Shown here in pieces: positions 36,100 to 49,234 of a stretch of DNA of 64,000 nt. This DNA comes from Podarcis vaucheri (taxonomy: Eukaryota), in the NCBI GenBank assembly GCA_965113315.1, contig OZ220363.1. The stretch is one strand, 5' to 3'. A model generated the notes under the pieces. It made no database searches. It worked only from the letters and a program-made list of their open reading frames with translations, and was not told the DNA's origin. Each line of letters opens with the position of its first letter. Within the stretch, counting starts at the first letter, position 1. Both the position numbers and the translations under genes were made by a program.

Positions 36100-37330
36100 T
36101 GTGGGGCCGACAGCACCTTGTTGAGTTTCTCGACCAGGGAATCCCCCCCCCCCAGCGCAGCCAGGTGCAGTCCGGAGACCCTCTCATGGGGGGGGGCTTA
36201 TCTCGCCCCCCCCGCTGGAGCCGGTGCTTCTTTTGTTGGGGCTCAGGGCAGCCCCCCCCCAGCCTGCGCCCCTGCACCTGCTCAGCCTGGACGGGCAGGG
36301 AGGGGTCCCTTGGCTGCAGCCCCTCTTCCTCCTTCGCCCCCCCCCGTTTCCATGGCGACGGGGTGGGGGTGGGGAGGGAGCCCGGCCGGGAGGAGGAGGA
36401 GGCGGACGCCGCGCAGCAGCAGCAGCGACTGGGACGGAGGCGCCGCCAGGTGAGGGGGGGGGAGGAGGGGGCGCCTCCCTGGACCCGGTCTGGGCGGGGG
36501 GGGGAGTGGGATGGGCAACCTCGCCCTCCCCCGGAGGCGACCCAGAGTTCTCCCCCCCCCCGGCCGGGATGGGCTTCCGTCTGCCCCCACAGGACCCCCC
36601 TCGCGGCCCTTCTGTGTCCCCCCCCCATCCCTCTCGAGACGGAGGCTTCTGCAAGGAGGCGCCCTCGGCAGAAGGAGCAGGGGCCCCTCCAAGGCTGCCT
36701 CCCCCCCCGGCTTGCCCCTCTTTGGAAGCAAGGGGGACTGCACTGCGGGGGGGGGGTGGGCTAGATGCCCCGGGGTCCCCCCCAGACCCGGCCAGTCTTG
36801 GGTCCTGGAGGCATCCGCCCGTCCCCTCCGGCGGGGCTGCTCTGCCTTCGTCCTTCTCTGGCTTCCTGCCTGGGCGAGAACAGGAAAGGTGAGTCATGTT
36901 AGCTGAAGGCGGCTCCGTCCAGTCCCCGGTCCGCCCCCCCCCGCGGCCCTTCTCCCAGGAATCGGACCATCCCGCCCCCCCCCCCGGCCGAGAGCAGGAG
37001 GCGGCGGGCAGGTGAGGGCCCCCGGTCCGGAGCAGCAGCGCCTCCCCGCCGCTCTGGGCGCGCCAGGGGCGGAGGTGGTGCTGGGCACCGGGGGGGGGGC
37101 GGGAGGGAGGTCCAGGCTGTGCCCGGAGGAGGAGGAGGAGGAGGAGGAAACGGGAGCCTGGTCTCTCCGCTGCGCCAGGAGCTCCGGAGCGGCCGGCAGA
37201 CGCGCCTTGGGGGCTCAGGACGCGGAGCAGCAGGTGGGTCTTGGCCGGGCTGGGCGCTGCCTGCCGGGGCTGGACTGCGCGGCGAAGGAGGCAGCGCAGG
37301 GGGCACCCAGGAGGGAAGAGTCAGGCCCCT
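36100..37330 (+). promoter_or_regulatory. CpG island; probable CYB561 promoter with candidate non-coding first exons
   Basis: CpG-dense. Strong donor-like sites follow 36449 (CAG|gtgagg), 36888 (AAG|gtgagt), 37011 and 37233. There is an acceptor at 40512, just upstream of the CYB561 ATG. Confidence 0.6.
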
Positions 37331-37729
37331 CACAACCTGGGTCGCTTGGGCTTCCGCCAGGTGGAGGGAGGATTTCTTTGGCTCTGCTGACTGCAAGGGG
37401 CGCCCAAGGAAGCAGATGGCTCTTTTGCAGAACTGGGTGGCAAGGGCAGGTCTGCCAGCCACTTCGGAGTGGATCCTACTTGCCAGAGTTCAGCCAAACA
37501 GGTGGAGGGGCCTCTGGGCAAGATGCCTTTCGTGGTTCTTTTTTTATATAACGTAGAACCTATAATATTTATTTATTTGCAGAATTTGTAGAAATTTTCA
37601 AGTCAGTGCTGGGGGTTTTGTGCAAGAGAAGTCTAGAAAGTGTGTGTGGGGGGGTATCTCTCTGCTGTGACTTGGGGGGCAACTTGTATGAAAATAGCTT
37701 ACATTCATTTTTGCCGAGCCCCCCACTTT

Positions 37730-38100
37730 TCTTTCTGGTTGGTATTGTCTGCATTTGGGCCTTCAATATTTCTCCTTTTAGAAACTCCCATCCTTCTTGG
37801 ACTCCCTTCTCTTTGACCGTGGGATCACACCCAGTAGCTCCTTAAGCTATATGAAGTTGGCCTTTTTGAAGTCCAGAGTCTGTGTCCGACTCCCCTTTCG
37901 TTTCCCCTTTCCTCTGTATCCTGACACCCAGGAGAAGAGGATCACTTCCTCCCAAGTTTCAGAGTTTCCAAGTGCTTCCAGCTCCTCCCTATTAGTGAGG
38001 ACCAGATCCAAGATAGACGATCCCCTTGTTGGTTCTTCCACCTTCTGGGAAATGACATGGTCAGCAAGGCAAGGGAGGAATTTGTCAGACCTTACACTCT
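37730..38100 (-). mobile_element. CR1 LINE fragment (endonuclease/linker region)
   Basis: Peptide SQKVEEPTRGSSILDLVLTNREEL...TQTLDFKKANF. Confidence 0.75.
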
Positions 38101-39126
38101 TGGACCAGAAGATGATGCCCAGGGTCCCTTTCAGCTCTGCAATGGCACAGGGGGAACTTGGGACTTGGGATGTATGAAAGTTGGTTTGAGGTTTTGCTTT
38201 TTTGTCCCTTGGCAGCAACTGGTAACTTCATTCTACTACCCACCCCCCGGCACTGTGATTGGGAGACGGAAGGAGAGCCTGGCAAAGGTGCTCCCTGATT
38301 AGAGGCTGGTGCTGCCAGTCACCTTCTCCCCTCCTGCCCTGGCACACCCCTTACATGGCAGGCTTCACGAGACAGCCAGTGTGGGCCTGGCATGGAGGTG
38401 GGGGGGGGGTGCACTGCTGCCTTATACTGAGTGGGACCCATTGCTGCATCTTGCTCAGTACCGTCTGCACTGACTGGCAGCAGTGGCTCTCCAGGATTTC
38501 AGGCAAGGAGTCTCTCCCCAGCCCTGCCTGGAGATGCCAATGACCTTCTGCATGCCAAGCAGCTGTTCTACCACAGACCCAGTTATGGGGAGGAGGGAGG
38601 AAAGTGCAGCCCCTCCCCTGGCAAGTCAGCACAGCCTAAGGAATCCCCTGCCTTGCGCCTCTCCCATGGGAGGCCTGTTCTGCAGCCAGATGTTTCCACC
38701 TGTTTTAATGGTAGCCCCTGCTCTTTGCTGTTGTGGAGCAGCAGACTCCAAAGTGCTCAGGGGGCCAGAGGGGGGTCTGGTTGGGGAGCAGGATGTTCCC
38801 AACAGAAGCCTGGATCCTGCAAGCTGAGGTGGGAGTGGGTGTCTTTATCACATTTGCATCGATTCTTGGCCAGAGCTGCAGGCCTTATTAGATCAGCGCA
38901 GTTAAGTGGATTAAGTCAATTGGCTTAGCCCCGTCCTCCTCCCTGCTGCAAAGGCCAGCTGTGTGCTGTGCAACAGAACAGGCCCCTAGGGTACCCATGT
39001 CCCTGGCAGAGGGGCAGGGAAATCCAGAGCCCAGCAACGCAGCTAGGGGACAACTCACCAGGCTCCTCAGAGGCATTGCAGGCTCTGCTTCTCCACCAGC
39101 AAATGGTGGTGCTGAGGTTTTGCCCA

Positions 39127-39480
39127 TAAAGGTAAAGGACCCCTGGACTATTAAGTCCAGTCAAAGGCGACTACGGGGGTGTGGCGCTCATCTCGCTTTC
39201 AGGCTGAGGGAGCCGCTTTTTGTCCATAGACAGCTTTTCGGATCATGTGGCTAGCAGGACTAAACCACTTCTGGTGCAATTGGACACCATGACAGAAGCC
39301 AGAGCACACAGAAACGCCATTTAGCTTCCCGTCACAGCGGTACCTATTTATCTACTTGCACTGGCATGCTTTCGAACTGCTAGGTTGGCAGGAGCTGGGG
39401 AAGGGCCACAGGAACTCATTCTTGTGGGGATTTGAACTGCCGACCTTCTCATCAGCAAGCCCAAGAGGCTCAGTGGTTTA
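39127..39480 (-). mobile_element. Sauria SINE
   Basis: TAAAGGTAAAGGACCCC tail on the plus strand and the GTACCTATTTATCTACTTGCAC core. Reverse orientation relative to 7853-8186. Confidence 0.8.
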
Positions 39481-40535
39481 GTCCTGGTTCTGCCCATAAG
39501 CACATCGAGGCTCCATCCTGCCCTATCTTTGGGTGGAGGCTCAGTAGAAGAGAGAAGCTGGAAGGCAGCCTGCAGGCGGTGGGGGGCGGTCAGACTTTGC
39601 ATTTCCCTTTCCCAAGAGCAGAGGCTCTTGCTTGGATTGGGAACTCCCAGCGCAGAGAGGACATCATCATTGTTGGTTGTGGCCCAATGAAGGCATTTTT
39701 GTGTTTTCCTGGGGCTTGTGTTTGTTTTAAAGGGGAGGATGTTTGCAGACCTTTCTGCTGTGCTGGGTCAAAGTGCAGAGAAGGGCCTGAAGATGCAGGT
39801 GGGGAACAAGCATTTTGGGTGAGGGACTCCTGGGGGGAGTTTGGCCAGAGTGGCCTTCCCCAGCATGGTGCTTCATGCCTGCTCAGATGTTCTGAACTCT
39901 CCAGGTCCCATCAGGTACCCTAAAGCATTGCTGTATGATGCCGAGGAGGATGGGAGTTGTAGTTCCCAGTTGCAGAAGGTGGAGAAGCCTCAGACTCTTG
40001 CCCCACAGTTTCTGCTTGGGCTTTCTGCCCCAGGGCCAAGTGGGGCCATTCCAGCTTCCTTTTCTCCCTGATCCTTATAGAGCCACGAAATGGTGAAGGA
40101 GAAACCCCAGGCAGCCTGGCCCAGCGTCTTAGTTGTGTATGAAAAGTATTCATAGAGCACCTTTCGTGCAAAATTCCAGAGCGGTGTGCAGCAAGCTTTA
40201 CAAAAGAGATAAAATATCACTTTAAAACAATGCAGACAGAGAATTAAGAATCGCAACGGGCTCCACTGGAAGTCCAGTGAGATCTTGAGCGCCACCTTTG
40301 GCTCGTAACTGGTCCACCCTCTGGGCCTTCTTTGGCCACTGGAATCAACAGAAGATCTGGTGACGGGTGCAGCTTCTCCAAGCTGCTGCCGCCAAGTGGG
40401 ACAAGGAGGGGTGCAGGTCTCCCCCAAATTCCAGTTCCCCCGAGATTTCCAGAGGCAGCCCCTGCCCTCCCTGGGTCTACCTGCTGACAGCTGTGCTCCT
40501 CTTGTTTGGCAGCCCCGGGCTCTGCTGAGCACAGC

Positions 40536-41634
40536 ATGGAGGATTCTCCGGCCAGGAGCGCCAGTCCATCTGGCCTCACGTATGCCGTGGCCGCTTCACA
40601 GGTGGTGGGCCTGGCTGTGATTACCCTGACGGGGGCCTGGATGGGCCAATACCGGGGCGGCATTGCCTGGGATGGATCCAAGCTGCAGTTCAATGCCCAC
40701 CCGCTGTGCATGGTCATTGGGATGGTCTTCCTCCAAGGAGACGGTAAGGAAGTGGGGGGAGGGGGGCCTTTTGAGAACTCTCTTCCAACGGAGACAACTG
40801 GGAGCTGCTTATTTCAAACCTCTCCCCCTGCTGTAACTGCATTCACAATTTAGGAGAGGGGGCAGAGCAGGATGTGCCACCCCCACCCCCCATCCCAAAG
40901 GAGGCAGAAGCACATCTTGCACTGCCCAGCCAAGGGTCCACAAACTGTGTCTGCGCATGGTCATTTAGCCACATGATTAAGGCAGATGCTCCACTAGATT
41001 ATCTTCCAGTCTGTTACTCAAATCCCAGACTTTTGAGAGACCCTCAAACCTTTTCAATTATTTGTTTGTTTTTTTTAAATATATTTATGAATTTATAAGT
41101 GTACAAAATACAGAACTGAAGAATGCTACTTGTGGGGTCTGAGCGGAGCAGTTCCTGGCCAGGGGAGCAAGAGCCAAGCCCCCTCTCAGCCAGCCCCACA
41201 CCTCATTGCCCCTCTCCCCCCTCCCTCTTCTCCTCTTGCAGCCCTCCTGGTATATCGGGTCTTCCGGCACGAGAGCAAGCGCTCCACCAAAATTCTGCAC
41301 GGGCTGCTCCACGCCCTGGCGCTGGGCATTGCACTGGTTGGTGAGTCCGGGGGGGGGGCAGCTGGAATAATCTGCCCTGTTTGCTTGAGCGTCAACCTCC
41401 TGCCTGCCTTCTCAGAAGCCCCTCTGAGGGGCACCAGGCTCAAGGGGGTGGTCAGAGGCTTCCCTGAGTCTCAGGGTCAACCCACAGCTCCTCTGAGTTC
41501 TCCAATAAGCTGGAGGAAGCGGGCATGTTTTGGGCCTCCTCTCCCATAAAAACATAAGGCTGGGGTGGACGAGGCCGTGAGTGGCTGACTGTGTTCCTCA
41601 CATATGGATTGGACTACAGCTAGCAGGGCTCCCC

Positions 41635-41665
<31 letters not shown>

Positions 41666-43665
41666 CACCACCTGCCATTTCCACCCATATGCTTCTTCCC
41701 AGGCAAGCTGGACCTGCCCATCTCCCCATCCCTCATGTTAAGTGGGGTCCCACTCTGGTGGGGAAAGGCAGGGGGTCACCTGAGGCCTCTCCCTCCCTCC
41801 AGGTCTGATAGCCGTGTTCCAATTCCACAAGAAGCAGAGCATCCCGGACATGTACAGCCTGCACAGCTGGTGCGGCATCCTGGCCTTCGGCTTCTACTTT
41901 GTGCAGGTGAGGCAAAAGCAGAGTGGGGGGAAGAAAGGGGGCTGGTGTCTGCCTGGCCTCCTTCCAAAGCAGGTCGTGCCCCAGAGAGCAGCAAGGGAGA
42001 AATGCATGAGGGGCAGGAAATCAGAGGAAGAGAAAGGAAGAAACTCTGGCTTCTCATTCCCCTGCTGAAACGGCATCTGGTGCTGGGGCTCCCTAGATTC
42101 CTCAGCAACCTTGGAGTTGGGCTTGAGCTGTCCAGGGGTCTGTCTGGACACAAGCGATTAGAGGAAGGACACCCTTGAGCCACATCCTTGCTGGACGCTG
42201 CAGCCTGACAGCTTCAGAGCTTCCAGCAGCCACCCACATCCTTCTCAGGGGGGCCTTTGATTCCAGGCGCTGGAAGGGGGATCTCTGGGAGGGCTCCATC
42301 TGCACTGCAGAAACAACACGGGGCTCTTGACACTGTCTGCCTGGGGAGCTGGGTCTTGGCTCCCAGGAGCCTCATCTTTCCCCAAAGCACAGCTGATCTG
42401 CATTGCTGGGAGCCCTTCCTGCGCCCCCTTCCTCCTGGGGGGGGTCACTTGCAGTGGCACCTCATAAAATCTTAAGAGTTGGAAGGCACCCTCCAGGGTC
42501 ATCCAGTCCAACCCCCTGCAATGCAGGAATCTCAGCTCAAGTATCCATGACAGAGGGCCATCCAACCTCTGCTTAAAAACCTCCAAGGAAGGAGGCTGCT
42601 GCTCTGAATTGCCTTTGAGCCAGTCCTTGTGCCCCCCCCCAGTCATGGCTTCATGGGATCAGAAGGAGGCCATGGGGGTGGATTATTGGAAGGGAGACCT
42701 TTCGCCCCTCATCCTGGGGCACCGCCCGCCTCTCGCCAGAACTTAAAGGTGGTGGCGTCAAGGGAGTTTACAGTGTTTGAGGGCTGGCTCCTCTTTGCCT
42801 CCTGATTGTTGAGTCAATTCTGGGGGTGGGATGGGAGGTGGGCTGCTGTCTCCTGACTTTGGGGCACTGCCTCCCCTTCTTCCTTAGTGGCTGCTGGGCT
42901 GGAGCTTCTTCCTCTTCCCCGGAGCCTCCTTTTCGCTCCGCAGCAGATACAAACCGCAGCATGTCTTCTTTGGGGCTGCCCTCCTCATCCTTTCCGTCGC
43001 CACTGCCCTGCTGGGGATCCTGGAGGTGCTGCTCTTCAACATCAAGTGAGTGGCCCCCACTTTGTGGAAGTGTTTCTGTTTTAACTTACAACCTGATGGC
43101 TCTGTCTCTGCTCAGCTTCCTTCTGATAAATCCAGAATTCTGGGCTGCAAAGTGAGGGATGGAGCAGAAATGACTGCCTGGGAGGGGTGTTCATAAACAG
43201 CTTTTTGCAGTTTACTTGGCTAATATATTCTCAAATCAACATCCTGCAAAATGGCAGCAGTGCTGGGCTTGGAACTGAGTGCCGCCTCCATTGCCTCCTC
43301 TGGCCTGGAAGGCAGAATGAGATTCTGAACATGTCTGGTCAGCAGACGAGTTGCCCAAAGCCCTGAGCTGCCTTTTTCTTAAATGAATGAATGAATTAGA
43401 AATTTGGGGGGGTGGGGGGGGTGGAGATAAAGTGCTTGTGCTAATGTCAACCTTTCTGTTCTTGCTCAGGGAGACTTACAGCTCCTTTGCCCCAGAAGGA
43501 GTCCTTGCCAACACCTTGGGCCTCCTCCTGGTGGCTTTTGGGGCCATTGTGGGCTACATCTTGACACGGGAGGAGTGGCAAAGGCCCCCCTTGGCTGAGG
43601 AGATGGCCCTGTCCATGGATTTCAAGACCCTCACAGAAGAGGGCAGCCCAACAAGCCCCCAGTGA
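40536..43665 (+). CDS. CYB561: Transmembrane ascorbate-dependent reductase cytochrome b561, 5 coding exons, 254 aa
   Basis: Exons 40536-40743, 41242-41340, 41803-41906, 42888-43045 and 43470-43665 (765 nt). Motifs [31 protein letters not shown] and the C-terminal [17 protein letters not shown] at 44742-44747. Confidence 0.96.
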
Positions 43666-45535
43666 CGGCCGCCATCGCCGCCTGCCTGTGTCTCCATGTG
43701 GTGTCTCTTGCTTGTCGTGCAACATGGTGGTTGCCACCTTTCCTGCTGGGCCATGTGTCAGCAAGCCCTCTCCAGAGGACTCTTTGCCATCCCTTTTCCT
43801 TCAGTGGCCATTGCAAGGGTCTCGTTCTGAGCAGGGGTCTCACAGGGGGTCGGTGCCTTGGGGTGTTGTGCCACATTCCCTGTGAAGAGGGGATTTAACA
43901 GGGACTTCCAGTTTCTGCTCTGGAAGCGGCTCCTCTCTTCCTGCTCAGTGTTCATTAATGGCAGCAGGACAAGGAGTCCCCTGGGGCCATTCCCAGAAGG
44001 GGGGCTGACAGCACTCACAAAAAGGGTTCAGGGGTGTTGGGAGGGCAGCTGCAGATTCTGTGCAGCTGGAGGCTGTGACTTCTTGCAGAGCTGCATCAGT
44101 AAAAAACAAAATTCTGAAGGCTTTAGACATACACACCTTCCTTCCAAAAGATTGTCCAAAAGATTTAAGCCTGAATATTTGTAGAGTTTCTCCTGTTTAC
44201 ACAGTGATTATCAGGCATAAGAACTGGGAGGCTGAGGCAAGAATGTTGCTTGTGCAATTCTGTCTCCTCTTTCTCTGCCAGCAGATATTTGATTGAAATG
44301 TTTGTTTTTTCCAACTCCAGAAAGCCCTAAAGTTGACAGTCTCTCACTTATCCTGTTTTCTGGGGTTTGGATGCAGGCATTTCCTCTGACGCAAACTGCT
44401 CTGGGAGATCTCTGGGGGACCTGGATGTTTAATCTCTCCTAATGGCTCAACTATATAAAAAAGATTATACAATACTGTGGTTTGCAAAATCTTTGTAAGA
44501 AAAAGGTGGGACATGACCCTATGGAAGTGTTTGAATTGAATGCATCAGGTGTAATAGTGGGGTTGTATAAGAATTGCTTAGCTAAGGATGAGGACCACTA
44601 TGAGCACTCAATAGGCACTATGATAATACTGATCTTAAGTGTGAAATTATTTATTTTCCTGGGGACTCCTTGCCTTAATACAAATACACTCTCTTGTGTA
44701 CTGACCAGTATATATTGTGTTTGGTGGTTGAGATGAACTTCAATAAATATTTGCAGCAAGTTCTTGAATTGTTTGAAGTTGAATTCTCAGTGAAATCTCA
44801 GCAGGGCCCTTTAGGACTGGATCTCGGCTGCTGGTCAAGCTACACTCATGAAGCTACTTAGTCCTGCTTAGCTCTTTCAAGAGTCGGTCCCAAATCAAGC
44901 CCAAAACTCTTCCACAAACCAGAGGCCCAGCCATTTCAGCATCTTTGTTGTGTTCTGCCAAGGGCAGCTGCTCTTTCTGGATTTGAAGGCAATAAAAATG
45001 CTTGGGGTGACGACCACACGTTACTCATACCCAGCAAGAATGAAGCACAACATAGCTGCGTAGCCAACCTGCAGAATGTATTATGTGTAATGCACAGTTC
45101 TAGCCTGCATACCGCATGTTAAAGCACAAAGACTAACAGGGTAATGCTCAGCACCACAGTTGGAGTGCCCTAGTGCCATCAGTGTGTCCAGCCCCAACTT
45201 ATAGGATGCCAGGCAAAGCAAGAAGCCCGGTTCCTAGATTGGGCTTCTATATTACGGCATGAAACAGTACACTTAATAGCGAAGTATCCGGCTTCCAGGC
45301 AAGACCTTACTGCTTACGGCGCTTTAGTAGTTCAGAACCTTGGACAGCAATGGACGTGGCCCCTTGTAGTCAGCCTGCAGCATCTCCAGCAGCCCTGGGC
45401 CTTGCTTTGCTGCTGATTTGCGGAGTCTGAGCTGAGTTGAAGTCTTTCCCTTCCATCTGGCTCCCTGACTCCTGCCCACACAGTGTCGCACTGTCAGGAA
45501 AGGGGAATGTTAGTTACACTGCAAAGCACGAGGTA

Positions 45536-45715
45536 CCGTATTTACTTGAGTCTAATGTGCCATCGAATTTAATGCACACCTCAATTTTCAGAACCTTGAA
45601 ACCAAAAAAAGTATTTGCTGGCAAATGTAAATGTGTCATCGAGTCTAATGCACACCTAAATATTCATAACGTGATTTGGCCAAAAAAGGTGTGCATTAGA
45701 TTCGAGTAAATATGG
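45536..45715. mobile_element. MITE, Tc1/mariner-pogo type (180 bp)
   Basis: Imperfect TIRs CCGTATTTACTTGAGTCTAATG and CATTAGATTCGAGTAAATATGG, flanked by TA on both sides. Internal repeats of CATCGARTYTAATGCACACCT. Confidence 0.8.
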
Positions 45716-48059
45716 TAATTAGGGCATATTCAATGTGGTGTGATAATTGAGATTTGAACACAAAAGTCAGATAAACAGGTGTTATTTTGCTTTGTTAGGA
45801 GACATGGAAGAATGGAGTTAGTAAGGGATGTATAATGTAACAAGTGCTTTGGGTAAAGCCACATTTTCCCAATGCGCATAGGGCTTCCCCATCATTCCCA
45901 TGTCTCTCATTGCCCTTTGTGGCTGAAGTTAATTGCACTGAATATGCTAGAACATGCTGACTACCAAACTGATGGGCCACTGTCCTTACCCAAAGGAAAA
46001 CCAAAGACAGCAGGCTAGGACACCCTATATTGTGAACTGCTTTGTGATCTTTGGGTGAAGGGCAGAAAACAAATTTGAAAACAAAACAATGTAAAGTAAA
46101 GCAAAATAAATAAAACAAAGGAGCCTCTTGTCCTGCCTGCTGGCTGCTCACAGCCATGTGACCTAAGCGTCAGCTGTCATGCCGGCTCTTTCTGGTGCTG
46201 TGGACGGTGCCCCACGAGTTTGTCCCCCACTCCTCTAGTACTTTCTTTAGGAAGGAGACCTCACTCTTTGTGGAAGCCAGCTCCATATACGTATTTGCTC
46301 TGGAGCTGCTGCTGTAGACTTTCCCCACCTGTTTCAGGTGGCCCTCTACCTTGCTGAAGGCAAGTGCTCTAGAGGAACCTGCAAGGATACAAGAAGGTAA
46401 GCAGGAGGCAGAAGAGCCACTGGACTATCGGAGTCAAACAGGTGTTCCATTCCTCTCCCACTACCTCCCTTCATCAATTCTCTTATTCTTTCTCTTTATT
46501 TTTCTTCCTTCCTTTCTTGGCTGAAACTTCTAGCAGAAGTTGAGCAGTGGGCAATGGTGGAGGGGGAAGTTTCTTAACAATTTTGCTTCCATTTTTTCTG
46601 CTACAAATCCACCCCAAGCTGCATCTCCTACTGACAGGAAAAAGATAATGAGTACAGTTAAATTGTCAATGCTTTAAAACCTGCTGAGTTGTGTGAATAT
46701 ATCATAGTGTGATCCATGACATCAGTCCAGAGGCTTAAGCAGTTGGGAATACATCACTGTATGATCTACGACATCAATTTAGCTTCTTAAGCAAGAAACC
46801 AGAAAATCTTAGCTTTCTTTTTTTAGAGTGTTAATAAAGTCCTTATGCTTTAAAAGAACACGGTTGCTCTTACAAGTCTGATTCATGGGGCTCAGATATA
46901 ATTGTACAGATTTTCAATTTTTTCCCCCTTGAGTTCATAAATTCTGAGCTTAAACTTACACATATTTCAATGCACTGAAATTGGGGGCAGGGTGAGGTAA
47001 CAAGCTTTGGTTCACATAGATAAAAGCTCAGATATCCTGAGTTTTACTACATTGTACTAAACTTTGATTTTGTGTACCAAAAATGAATGCATTCTCAGAT
47101 GGCACTATTCATTCCACCAGCATTGTTATGCTTATGTGAAGTGGGATTTTGTAGCGCAACGCCTAGAAGGCCTGAATGCAGTAGTCTTAGGAATCCCCTT
47201 GGGGACTTTGAGAAGAATATGCAGTTTGTTTACCGCCAGGCTTGAGGCAGAAATGCTACACACTTCACCTGGGAGAAAGTCCCACTGAACTCAGTGAGAC
47301 TGGCTGCTAGTAGAGATGCACGAGATGGTACTGTAAGTGCAGTGTCTGTTCTTGCTTACATTTCTTTGATAAACTCAGATGCAACATGCCTATATTATTA
47401 ATAATAATAATAATAATAAATTTTATTTATATCCCGCCCTCCCCAGCCGAAGCCGGGCTCAGGGCGGCTAACAACAATAAAACAGTACAAAGGTACAACA
47501 TAAACAACATTCTAAAATCATTCATTATAAAAATTAATTAGGCACGGAATTTGTATTCTCAGCTTGAATTCTGTGTGTCCCTATCACAGAAGCAGGGTAG
47601 TTAAAAGAAATCTCATCCAGTGATTTTTTTAAACGTATGGATTCCCCCTGAATGCCATTATTGCCATTATTGGAGGACTCTTCATGGAGCGCTCCTCTGG
47701 TGTGCACTGAAAGCCAGAGCCACGGCACCCAGAAGGATCTCTGGCCCCAATCCAGGCAGGACCTTTGCTTCCTCAGAAGGACTGGAATTGCCAGAAGGGC
47801 ACAAGCAGGGCAGGCAGCTGGTGAAGGGCCCAATTCCCCAGGCCACGTTGGTTGCTGTGAGCCAAGGAAGCCTCGCCTCCCCGACACACGGGGGGACGGA
47901 GCCACTGCAAAGGCCTTACAAGCCCTTCCCGTGAGATAGGAATCAACCTCCAGAAGAAAGGATTTACTGTTTCTGCCTAGATATTGCTTATTTGTGTAGC
48001 CAAAGCCATTACAAAGCAATGAAACCAAGAAGGATTTCCCTGAGCATCCCTGCAAACTT

Positions 48060-48760
48060 CTCATGGAGAAATGCAAAGGGCGCCGAAGGGCAAGCGAGCG
48101 GAGGGCCCCAGGGGCCAATCCCCGGCCAAGGAGGCACTTCCGGGCCCTTGGCTCCCCGGGAGGCGGGCGCTCTTCAGAGGCGTCTGACTGGGCCGGCAGC
48201 GGGCGCGAGGCGGGGCCCCATGGGGACAGGCAGGCGGAGCAGCCAACGCCGAGACCGAAAAGGCGAGCGCGGAGGGGAGGGAAGCCCAGAAGCGGCTCTC
48301 GCCCTTTGCTTCGTTTCGCCTGAGGCGCCGGAGGGGGCGGGAAGGAGGCGGCGGCGAGGCGCGCCAGGGGGTCCCTGGCCCCCCCCTCGCCGGAGCGGAG
48401 CTGGCGGGTGCTGCGCCCTGGGCGGCCCCCTCCTCCGAGTCGAGGCGGGCCCGGGCCCCGAGCAAGCAAGGCTGCGGCCCCCGCCCGCGCCCCGCCGAGG
48501 AGCTCGCCTAGGCAAGCGCGGGGAGGCGAGGAGAGGAGGCCGCGCTCCCCGGGAGAGAACGGGAGAGAAGCCTGCAGGAGCTTTGGGCGCCCCGGGACTC
48601 CTCGCGCGGCCTCTCCAGCCAAGATGGTGCCCTTTGGAGAGCTGCCCTGGGGGTCGGGCCCGCTCCGGGACCCAGAAAGCGCCGGCTCTGGGCGGCCTCT
48701 CCCGCCTGGCCCCGCCGGACTCCCTTTCGTAGCTCCTCTGCGGGGAGATAATGTCATGTT
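48060..48760. promoter_or_regulatory. Orphan CpG island, no assignable gene
   Basis: About 700 bp of very GC- and CpG-dense sequence between AT-richer flanks, with an ETS-like CACTTCCGG near 48134. Confidence 0.6.
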
Positions 48761-49234
48761 TCCCCCGTCAAGAGCAGAGATTTGGAAATAATCACCAGTA
48801 TGAAAGTGCTTCTGTCGTTTGAGTCGGATTAGGCTGAAATAGAAACCATGGAGATGAGGAATTCTATCTCTCGCCATCAAATTAAAGCGTCTCTGCCTTG
48901 TGTGAAATGCCAGCCTTCATAGGTTGTGACAACTTTAGGCTTTGGTGAAATCCTCTTAGGAAGAATGTTTGGGGGCTTCTTTGTTCTCCACCCTGTAATC
49001 ATGGAGCCCAGAACAAAGGGGACATCTCTCGCCTTCCGTTTCTCAATGAATGCAGCATGCAACTCTGGATAACCTGAATTAAGAAAGAACAAGGATTACA
49101 GGGGGAAAAGATCCCAAAGTTTCAAGCAGTGTGATACCAAGGTTTTGTGACAAAATATTTGTGAAGTCAGGAGTCCTGCAAGGGGCATCCAGGCATATAG
49201 TGCTTACTCTTGAAGTGACCCACCTGCTGCAAAT

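Noticed and set aside
47534-48880. 448-aa minus-strand ORF across the orphan CpG island
   Set aside because: Low-complexity GC-driven composition with no recognisable domain.
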